This document shows, in pieces, positions 10,740 through 20,000 of a stretch of 20,000 nt of DNA. The stretch comes from Atractiella rhizophila (Eukaryota). Within the stretch, counting starts at the first letter, position 1. Each line of letters begins with the position of its first letter. Where the stretch lies: assembly GCA_021432655.1 (NCBI GenBank), contig MU271238.1, forward strand, positions 108,021 to 128,020. The letters run 5' to 3'. The translations under genes and the position numbers were made by a program. Below the pieces are notes generated by a model. It did no database searches. It saw only the letters and a program-made list of their open reading frames with translations, and was not told where the DNA came from.

Positions 10740-12440
10740 CTAGTTACCACTCTACGATACTCTATTAGACAGCCAAACTAGGCATACCGTTACGAACGAA
10801 CAGACGCGCTGCCTTGTGCAGGAATAAGGTAACCCTGAGCATTCAAACAAGTATCTGAGTCTGTTTTATGGGACTTAAAAGTCGTTACGCCTTCTGTTTC
10901 CCATTATGAACTGAAAAAGACCTCACAATATTGAACGAGAAAGACGGACCGCTTATTCTGCCGCAGCATAGGCAGAGAACCTGATCTTCTGGTCCCGGAG
11001 CAGGTACATAGAACCACGGCGTGCCCTTGCAATCGTCTGACTTCCTCATGTGCGTCCAGTAAGACATGAGAGAGGCTTTTATGCAAAGAATGAGGGGATT
11101 TATGAGAGATGGTAGAGCGCGTACAGTACACCGTCTCACAACCTGTGCATATCATACGTTCTCGTTGGTGGATCCAGCGGTAATGCCTACGGTCACATGA
11201 TCAGGTCCCTTCCAGTTATGCCTTGCAGGCTCACCGAAGTAATGTTCCTTTCTCTTTAAAATTAGCCGAGCATTTTGGGCAGGTGTGGTAGTCCTTCATT
11301 CGCTCGCGAAACTTCGCGTACAGCGCCATCCTTTCCTCGAATGATGGAATGTGAAAGCATCGTCCAGATTGACAAGCTGGAGAACTGCTCTCGACCCGAT
11401 GATGCTTATATTCATCTTCCAAGTCTATAAAACGGTCATTCATGGCATAATATCAGCTCAGGTCCACACACCAAATGATGTGTCGCAGCCAGAACATATC
11501 CAATTTGCTTTTGTTTGGTCTCTCGGAGCAACGACAAGACGACCACTCCTACACTCCAATGGCGCGGTGTGCCAGGTTTGGTGTTTTCGCACAGTCGACC
11601 CCATTGCTAGACAGATCCTCAGTAATAATAGGCGAATGATCTGCAGTAAAAGAAACTTACAAAAACCTTGGCCACAGCCCGAGCAAAGATGTGAAATAGC
11701 ATCGTCATGGACGATTCGTATGTGTCTTTATCACAGAGATCAGCTCTTTATCAGAGAAGCTTGATAAGAATCCTACGTTGACAAATGACTACGTCTTTTT
11801 GCACGGACAGAGCAATGAGGGCACTGGTGCGGGTATTCCGCCGCTTTTCCAGCACGTTCCTCGATTAATTGCTCTGCTCGACGTTTACGGCCTGCTTTGA
11901 CATCAATGGTTTGTGCAGAATGCAAAAATTATCCTCACCCTCTCGAACTTGAAATCTTGCCATTAAATAATCTAATGATTTCCTCTTCATTTCAGACTCC
12001 TCAGCAACCTGGATTTTCCGCATTGCGCGGCGAGGTCGAGATAGTAGTTCATTGCGACGATGAATTGTTCCTAGAAGTGATGGAGGATCAGAAATCTTCC
12101 CAAATATCGCTGCGGGACAGACGTGGTTCTCTGCCTTTCTTCTTCTGCGGATTCTCGATGCTACGATTTACCGTCCTGTAGAGGTTTAGAGCCCAGATAG
12201 AACATGAGCTTAAACTTCGACATACGATTTCTCAGTTTCCGACTCCTTTACATTTTGTTCACTCTCAGTTCCAGAACTTGCAGCGTTGTGTGTAAGCCGT
12301 CGGACGATGGTGACGTGTGACGGGGAGTGTAGCACGCCAAGGAAAGGGAATCTGGGAACCTTCCCTGCTCCATAGATCAGTTTAGAACTGGTGAGGTGTC
12401 GAGAGCATGCAGGATTCAATACATGGCGAATGGGTTGCAT
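10740..12440 (-). CDS. Six-finger C2H2/CCHC zinc-finger protein, paralog A (about 11 exons; start and last exon uncertain)
   Basis: The spliced frame is open throughout: ...RTIHRRNELLS...LDYLMARFQVREG...YPHQCPHC...HIRIVH...CSGC...H...C...WICSGC...H...C...CPKC...HYRWIH...CTGC...H...C...CLCC...H...C. It is colinear with paralogs B and C. The stop is at 10790 if unspliced or 10740 if a last intron is used. Confidence 0.8.
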
Positions 12441-12908
12441 GAACTGCGTAGAGAGTGAGCTTCTCCCCTACCAAAAGCGCTATAAAACACATTAGGAGAC
12501 TGCCTATATCTATTATTATCATAAACATTTTGAGACTCTTCTTGGTAACAACGTTTCTTCTATTATATCATTCAAGTGAACTCCAACACAGCCAGGTTGC
12601 GACATGAATAACCAATGTCGCACTTGCAACTGACAGCAAAGGAACAAAACAAATGAACTGAGAGCAGATACTCACTTAACATCAACATGTCGTCACTGTA
12701 AACTATTTAGTGTGTGTAGCATATAGCAAGTGGACGGAAACGTCCATCCGAGGTTGTTGGGTGGAGCACGTGAGGAACCAGTAATGTTATCGTTTTGAGC
12801 CCTTACACCTCCCACACCATGCACAATGGAATGAAATGAATTATACCATCATAACCCATATGCTTGCCCCTTTCTGAAGCTGCGAGGAAATTTTATTCTG
12901 AGGGGGGT

Positions 12909-13008
12909 AAAAAAATGCGTCCCATACTGGACTCGAACCCTTACATGAGTTACAGTAGGGTTCAAGGGGCCATGCCCCTTGCGAGTGGGTTGGGGGGCCT
13001 GAGGGACG
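12909..13008. other. GC-rich multi-hairpin structured element (candidate small ncRNA or transposon-end remnant)
   Basis: CGTCCC/GGGACG encloses ACTCG/CGAGT, which closes two hairpins (AACCCT/AGGGTT and CAAGGGGC/GCCCCTTG). The minus strand has a B-box-like GGTTCGAGTCC followed by T7. Confidence 0.4.
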
Positions 13009-14510
13009 AAGGCCGCTGATGCACTTGTCGAGCGAAAGTGGAACTGTATAAAACATAACATGGGTGAAGTTCAGTTGAATCTCTGGCGCATATGCATCGA
13101 CCGATGATCGCTCAGACAGTAATTTTCCGTATTATGGTGTGCAACGTTGTATGAGCATCCTCCATAATAAAATTGGTGAATGCCTACTATACATCAAGTA
13201 ACATCAGACATCTTTGAAGGTTTTCTACTATTTGATTGTAGAGTCCTTTGACGGTAAAGCCAAGGCAAGTCGACGGGGAGCTGGAAAATGAAAAGTTGGA
13301 GTACTTGTGGGACAGTACAGATTTGCTTATCCGTCTCTTCATCAGTCCCACGAACCGATCCAGCTTGGACTGCCATCAGGTTAAGAACCACCGAACACAA
13401 CGCTGCATCCGCCAACTTCCGTGAGAGCTCAGGGATCGTGGTTTCATCGTCGGAGTTCCATTGATAACGGTGGTTAGGGAAGAGGTTAGGAGGAGAGCGA
13501 GGCGGAGGAGCAGGGAGAAATCTTCGATAGAGAGCAGGGAGGTGCTGCGTGCGCTTAAGTTTCGAGAGCCGCTTTCAGCCTCAGTCTCCTCTGAGATGCT
13601 CCGCTTGTTCTGCGTTCAAATTTAGGCTCTTTGAACAGTCTTCTCCCTCACGCTGAGCCCGGGAAGTGGGTTTTTGTGGTGCCTGTTTGTGACATGAAGG
13701 CGTCTTTGCAAGAGAATTTGCGGAGGGTGGTGGAGGGTAGAGACGACTCATAGGAGGAGCTTATGCATAGTCAAATGTCGCGGTCCAGTTCCTTGGGAGT
13801 GGGCCGAGGGAGGAGAAGAGAAGGAGGGCGACGTAGAAATAGAGTGCGTATGGACGAATCGCTGATTCTACCACATGCAGATAGTATCCACTTTGTCATG
13901 AGCCCTCAGAATCCTCAAACACTGCTGCCTCCCTTGCTACTGCGTTTAAAGTTTGCTTTGAATTTCCGTCCGCTTCCCAGTTCAGTTCTCTCCTTTGTCA
14001 GTGGACCGTTTAGAGCGCCTTGCCAAGCGCATTTTGGGGAATTGGGATACGCAGAACCCGCTATTGGATTGAACGGCATGTCGGTGATAGGTACGTGTCG
14101 TCTTTGTTTCAGCCAACTTCAGTTCTTTGGGATCACTCTCGCTTACAAGTGTGACCTCAGTCAAATTTCCTGAGACCAACCTCTTCTTGATCTGTTGCGA
14201 CTGTGTACTGCTGTTTAAACCTGGGACCCAATACGTCTAATTGGGACGTGGAAGGACCTTATATGCTAGACTCATGAGGGTGAGCTTGGGCCCAATATGC
14301 TTTCCCTTTCATCTATCAAAGCAATCATTGGAAGGGGACAGAAACATGAAAGCGGATATCCATTTTCTGTTTATTTCGCTTTGTGACGCCGTGACCATCC
14401 TATCCATGGCAATTTTGGGACGTTGCGATGATCCAAAACGTCAAACTGGAAGCTTTGTGTTGTTGCGTGTTCTCTAACCCTGCCTTTGACTGAATGAGCC
14501 CGATATAGGG

Positions 14511-16199
14511 ATGCTTCGTAGCCTGCCTTTTCGCGGCCTGCACCACTCTCGAGCGCGTTTCACCATCATCAGACGGTTTGCACACAACGATAGCGGCTCT
14601 GGAATTGGGGGGGAAGAGAATGTGAAGGAAGCCGAGGTCGAGTTTGAGAAACCTTTTTCGGAAGTGTAAGCTTTACCTGTAACGCTGGCCTGGCTGACAT
14701 TAAACTCTTGTAGGAAAATAAACGCAGGCAAAAGGAAGGGTGGGCGTGCCCTAGGACCACGTCCGTCCTGTGCTAGTTCGAGAATCTCTCTGATTTGTCA
14801 TCACTTTCAGGAACAATTGAACTTCGGAATAAGCTACTGTCCAATGCTCAGAACCATCAAAGACGTGAAAAGCTCGCGAAATCGGCATTCAAAGGAAAGT
14901 ACATTTTGACTGCATTGCAAACGTCTTTGCTGAACAATTCGTTCAGATGTGGAATTGGCTCGGTTTCAGTGGCGGCAGGGTAAGAACAACTTGCATCCTG
15001 CAACGTCTATTTAACCGGAACAGGTCATACGCGCCGAATAATGCGATTAGTTGAAGGACGAGCAGGGAAAGTCGAGGAATATCCTCATGAATGCCCCCAT
15101 TGCCCTTTCCGTTCGAAAGTTTCCGGGAATTTAAAAAGGTAATTTTTATGACCAAGGTTCATGCAGTAAAACCGATCCCTCTGATGCAGCCATATCCGAA
15201 TCAATCACGATGATGCAGTGTCGCATCTCTGCTCCGCTTGTGGTCGCGGTTTTTGTGCGTTCTGTGTTAATTTTGCTCACATCATTAAGCTGTAACTCTC
15301 CGTACGAACCTTCCAGCAACAAAGACGAATGCTCGAAAACATCAAATCCAGCGCTTTACGCCGCTGGAGTGTCGCAATAGTCGTTTCATAGTTGCTCCGA
15401 GAGACCAAACGGGGGCGAATTGGATCTGTTCCGCTTGCGAAGTATCTTTTGGTGCGTCACCTGTGAGTCGATAGTGAGCTACGTTTGACTTGCTTGTAGA
15501 ATCGAAAGATGAGTATGAGCGACATCGAAGCGAGAGCACCTTGCCAGCTTGTAACACCGGACGATCCCTTCACATTCCTTCCTTAGAGGAAAGGTCCGCT
15601 ACATCCTCAAAATTCGTGGAGCAACTGAAGAAGTATCCGACTTGCCCAACATGCTCGACTGCTTTTCTTAACAAAGCAACGTTGTACAAGTGAGCCGCAA
15701 GGTAAAACTCCAACGAGGTAGCTCATGGATATAGGCACCAGCGCATGGACCACCAAGGAGAGCGTGTAATATGCACTGGTTGCAAACAGCTGTATGGTAC
15801 GCGTTCCACCATAACCTCATGGATTCTCATCATTATGAGCGCGAAGCTACGGACCGTGCTCTTCGGCAGCATCAGACGAATGCAGATACATGTAGCCGTG
15901 CGGGGTGGTTTTATGTCCCTGCTCCCAGACCAGGCTGCCAGATTCTCTGTCTATGTTGCGGTAAAATATGGGGTATGTCCCTTTTTGATATCGTCATGTC
16001 GTTTCCAGCTCATGGAGAGATGGTAAATAGATACCAGGAAGGCATTTAATTCCCATAAAAGAGTCTCAAACGCGTGTTTCAATGCCGAAGGTTATGGTAT
16101 TGCTAGTCGTACCACGGAGGGTACGTTTTTTGGATGATATGCATCTAGGTGGACGTTGTGTCTAATGGAGGCTCACAGAACGGTGACTCGTTTCCGTAA
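14511..16199 (+). CDS. Six-finger C2H2/CCHC zinc-finger protein, paralog B, with mitochondrial-presequence-like N-terminus
   Basis: ATG 14511 gives MLRSLPFRGLHHSRARFTIIRRFAHND. The fingers are CPHC..HIRINH, CSAC..H..C, CSAC..H..C, CPTC..HQRMDH, CTGC..H..C and CLCC..H..C. Intron positions match A and C. The 3' end is approximate. Confidence 0.8.
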
Positions 16200-16418
16200 C
16201 TGACAGGCTCAACCGCATTCTGAGCTTGCGCAGGAGCTTATTTGCATTTTTGAATGCACCATCGATGAGGCTTGTTTCGACTGTCTTAGCTTCGTCCGCG
16301 CTTGCATTCTGAAATCCTACACGTGCCAATGCGTTGGTCTTGCACAATGCAACGTTTGACTCTTCCTCCTCCCAGATACGAAGATAGCATTTCCACAAAA
16401 TTCATCCCCATTGACCAG

Positions 16419-16770
16419 CTACACCTTGCGTTTTTGGCGGTCCAAAAGAACGTCAACTTCGCTTTTGAGACCGTCCACTTCCTTCTCGAGAAGAGCACGC
16501 TCCTCCTCCCAACTCCACCGCTGTTGGTACACACGTAAACCGTAGAAGGTGAGGAGACAAACTCCAAGAGGTAACGCCATCGAAGGAATGATGTCCCTGT
16601 ACAGGGAGAGATGACGCGATGGCGGTTTAGGAGAGGATGTTGTCGACGATAGACGCCGACAGAGGAGTAGCGAGGCACTACATCTGTATCCAGTTCAGAG
16701 CATTGAACAAGGCTGAAAGAAGTACCCACTGAGACGCCGTTCTTCGGGAGAGAATGGAGGGGGCCACCAT
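16419..16770 (-). CDS. Small (101 aa) single-pass mitochondrial membrane protein with C-terminal coiled coil, Ina17-like
   Basis: Exons 16770-16730 and 16683-16419 flank a 46-nt GT-AG intron. The translation is MVAPSILSRRTASQCSASLLLCRRLSSTTSSPKPPSRHLSLYRDIIPSMALPLGVCLLTFYGLRVYQQRWSWEEERALLEKEVDGLKSEVDVLLDRQKRKV*. It has a presequence-like start, one hydrophobic helix and heptad repeats. The family name comes from remembered resemblance only. Confidence 0.7.
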
Positions 16771-17108
16771 GATTGAGGGAGAATTTCCGTCTTGAAAAAA
16801 TAAGACTTCAAGCTTCCTCCTCCAGACAGACAAAACACGTGCCAAAACTGAATATTAATTTGATGTTAATTGGGATTAAATCGATATTAATCCATGGTGT
16901 TTAAAATTCAGATCACCTCCTCGGTTCCCCTCTCACCCCTCGGCTCCCCGCATGCTTCCGTCCATCTTCCCACCTCTTGAATATCCTCCCAAATAATACG
17001 CATCTTCCCTCTTAACCGCATTAGTAGACATAACACGCTGCGCACGGTCATTTCCGCCACTTTTCGTAATATACAAAAACTTAGGGTGGTATCTGGATGA
17101 CAGGACCT

Positions 17109-18368
17109 GGGAACATGTTGACTTCAAGTATGTGCCTGCTCCATTGTTTTTCCAGCGGTTCCCTTTCTTTTAGCATAGCCAGACCTTTTCTCCCTCCAAA
17201 CTACTGTATAACTTTCGCACTAGCAAACAGCTTGACAACTGCCACTTTTCTAAAGGATCTACAACTGGACTTATGTTGATTTTATGTTGAATGAACACGC
17301 GAAGTGGCAGAAGGATTAGAGTTTTAAATGTAGTCCGGTTTTGAGCCCTCCGCACTCCTGAAATTTACCAGTGCTAACTGAAAACTTATTGTCGAAGGAA
17401 TGTTTCGCAGCATGACTTTTCGGGTCCCAATCCTCTCCACGTCACACTGCACGAGCATCAGACGGCTGACTCAAAACCGTACCACTTCTGAGACCGGCGT
17501 TGAACAGCCTGTAAAGGAAATTGAGGTCGAGAAGCTGTCTGAGGAAATGTAGGCGTTCAATAGCGTAAATACCAGCCAGTCGCTAACTCCTTATAGGAAG
17601 CATGCAAATGCGGACGACAAGGAATCACCGCGCAAGTCTTCCCGGGGATGTAGGCCATTTCGCGATATCCTTCCTGACAATCGTTCTGAGGCGTTGTCGT
17701 CTAGTAACGATTCAACGTCGCAATGAGCTGATGTCTCAGGGAACATGTTGACTTCAAGTATGTGCCTGCTCCATTGTTTTTCCAGCGGTTCCCTTTCTTT
17801 TAGCATAGCCAGACCTTTTCTCCCTCCAAACTACTGTATAACTTTCGCACTAGCAAACAGCTTGACAACTGCCACTTTTCTAAAGGATCTACAACTGGAC
17901 TTATGTTGATTTTATGTTGAATGAACACGCGAAGTGGCAGAAGGATTAGAGTTTTAAATGTAGTCCGGTTTTGAGCCCTCCGCACTCCTGAAATTTACCA
18001 GTGCTAACTGAAAACTTATTGTCGAAGGAATGTTTCGCAGCATGACTTTTCGGGTCCCAATCCTCTCCACGTCACACTGCACGAGCATCAGACGGCTGAC
18101 TCAAAACCGTACCACTTCTGAGACCGGCGTTGAACAGCCTGTAAAGGAAATTGAGGTCGAGAAGCTGTCTGAGGAAATGTAGGCGTTCAATAGCGTAAAT
18201 ACCAGCCAGTCGCTAACTCCTTATAGGAAGCATGCGAGTGCGGACGACAAGGAATCACCGCGCAAGTCTTCCCGGGGATGTAGGCCATTTCGCGATATCC
18301 TTCCTGACAATCGTTCTGAGGCGTTGTCGTCTAGTAACGATTCAACGTCGCAATGAGCTGATGTCTCA
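17109..18368 (+). repeat. Direct tandem duplication, 2 x 630 bp (17109-17738 and 17739-18368)
   Basis: The units are identical by eye except catgcAaAtg versus catgcGaGtg (17606/18236 and 17608/18238). The ORF track shows the same 61-aa ORF 630 bp apart. Confidence 0.97.
17400..17751 (+). pseudogene. Truncated 5' duplicate of zinc-finger paralog C (exons 1-2 and the start of exon 3, no fingers)
   Basis: ATG 17400 gives MFRSMTFRVPILS. At the repeat junction the frame reads ...NELMSQGTC then TGA. Confidence 0.7.
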
Positions 18369-19724
18369 AGCATTCCAGACAGAGCGGAGATATCAACCGA
18401 AGAGCAAATTCACAGCAAAAGGAAAGTGGTCTTTGGCTGCATTATAAGGTTCTGCTGAAAGGTGAATTCAGACTACGACTTGACCAGGTTTCAGCGGCGG
18501 GAGGGTAGGAACAATCTTCCGGTCTGCACAGGCTAACATGGAAACAGTATTCAGGCGTCTAAGAAAAGGATTGAGCGAACAGCGTGCTGGAAAGGCAGCG
18601 GAATATCCTTACGAATGTACACATTGTTCCTTCCGCGTGAAGTCAAAAGCTCAGCTGAATGAGTAAATTTTCATTGGGATCCCCTGCAACAATACTAAAG
18701 AAAGTTTTCATGCAGGCACATACGAATAATTCACGATGATGCTGTTTTATATCTTTGCACAGGCTGCGGTCTTGGTTTCTGTGAGTTTCCTCAGCGCCGA
18801 TCGTTCATTAATCACTCTTTTCAATTGATGTAGCCAAAACAAAAAATGCGAAACAACATCGGGATAAACGGTTCACGCTGCCGGAGTGCAAGACTGGTCG
18901 TCTGGTCTTCGCTCCCAAGGATCAAATAAAAGCCAATTGGATTTGTTCCGCCTGCGAAGTATCTTTCGGTGGGTTGACCTCTACGTTGATCTTGAGCTAT
19001 AAATCACGCGTTTGCAGATCTAGAAGATGAATATGACCGGCACCGTAGAGAGAGCATGTCTCCAGGTTGTAAGGATGGACGATGCCTTCACATTCCTTCA
19101 TTCAAGGAAAGATCTGCGCTCTACGCAAAGTTTCGGGAGCGAATGAAGGAATACACGACCTGCCCAGAATGCTCCGCTGTTTTTCTGCAGAGGACATCAT
19201 TGCTCGTGTGAATCTAAAGCTGACTCTAATATAAGGGCTAACGATTTAGCCAGGCATGAGCGTCAGCACCATATAGGAGAGCGTAGAATATGCACAGGTT
19301 GCAAACAGGTGTTTTGTACGTGGTCGACCATTTCTGATAGGCTCTCCTTAACCTGAGCGCATAGCTGGAACCTTGAAATGCTCTCCTGCAGTGCATTGGA
19401 AAAAAATGCCTGGATGTGCGGGCAAACCGACCTTTCATCTTCCTCCTCCAGGGCGGCATGATCAGATTCTTTGTCTGTGCTGCGCCAAATTATTCGGTCA
19501 GTTCTTTCCGTGTGGTCTCTCGCTGCTTCATAGAAAGGTAAACAGAAAGTACGACGGCTTTCGAAGCCCATAAAGGGCCTTCAGAAAGGTGTCAAGACGC
19601 AGACCATTACCTTGTCGCCGCCAATCCAGGCGCAGAGGAACATGTACGTCACGTCGAGTATGCTTACCAAGAGGGACATCGCAATTGAGAGAAACGGCAG
19701 AGCGACGCCGCGTCGAGCCCCTGA
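18030..19724 (+). CDS. Six-finger C2H2/CCHC zinc-finger protein, paralog C, with mitochondrial-presequence-like N-terminus
   Basis: ATG 18030 gives MFRSMTFRVPILSTSHCTSIRRLTQN. The fingers are CTHC..HIRIIH, CTGC..H..C, CSAC..H..C, CPEC..HERQHH, CTGC..H..C and CLCC..H..C. The stop is at 19688 if unspliced or 19724 if a last intron is used. Confidence 0.8.
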
Positions 19725-20000
19725 AGCACTGAGCAAAAGAAGAGTCACATTTTATCCTTCCGAAGAGACGATCAAGCTACCCACACGATACCAGCCCGAA
19801 CATCAGCTGAGCGGTTGAGAATTGGTTGGTGGAATCTTGCCGTGTAATACCATGAAGCCGCCTTGATATCAAGCGCTCGTTTAATAAATTGATAGCTGTA
19901 CTGTGAGACAAAGCGCAATCGTTCAAGAAAGTCATCGTAGTAGGGTACTTCGTTATAATAAGATAGTATACAACGTCAAAGGCTTCACGCGAATCTTCTC

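Noticed and set aside
12909..13008. tRNA gene suggested by GGTTCGAGTCC...GGGACGCA-T7
   Set aside because: The T-stem pairs poorly, the 3' arm is 2 nt too long, and no D-arm or anticodon arm is present. Kept only as a generic structured element.
12996..13045. Hammerhead-ribozyme-like CTGATG-CACTT...AAGTG-GAAC
   Set aside because: It lacks the invariant A of CUGANGA and the full GAAA, and I could not form stems I and III.
16872..16893. Short inverted repeat GGATTAA-ATCGATA-TTAATCC in an AT-rich patch
   Set aside because: A 7-bp AT-rich stem is expected by chance, and there is no partner end or target duplication.
16933..17127. 64-aa minus-strand ORF next to the repeat boundary
   Set aside because: It has no recognisable domain, a non-ATG start and no supportable splice model.
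17109..18368. LTR pair or other mobile-element interpretation of the 630-bp repeat
   Set aside because: There are no TG...CA termini, internal region or TSD, and the unit consists of host promoter and exon sequence.
1..20000. Prokaryotic-type systems (CRISPR arrays, operons, defence islands) and rRNA/snRNA genes
   Set aside because: The sequence is eukaryotic with spliceosomal introns. I saw no repeat-spacer array and no signature of rRNA, U1, U2, U5, U6 or SRP RNA.

Overview
This is intron-rich fungal DNA, most likely basidiomycete (inferred from 45-90 nt GT-AG introns with CTRAC/CTGAT branch sites and from gene content). The left half holds conserved genes: the 5' part of a neurofibromin/IRA-type RasGAP gene (minus, runs off the left edge), PAM16 (minus) divergent from a uracil phosphoribosyltransferase gene (plus), and a type I membrane pepsin-family protein whose two catalytic DTG motifs both look degenerate. 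The right half is an accessory-looking cluster of three paralogous, heavily spliced six-zinc-finger genes (A minus, B plus, C plus) that the ORF track only shows in fragments. Manual splicing suggests they start with mitochondrial-presequence-like N-termini. Copies B and C appear to need a non-canonical GA-AG intron, and copy A has AAG where B and C have their ATG. A 630-bp near-perfect tandem duplication copies the promoter and 5' exons of copy C. A small Ina17-like mitochondrial membrane protein gene lies between B and C, and a compact structured element lies between A and B. All gene models were spliced by eye, so exon edges, especially the terminal exons, are approximate.
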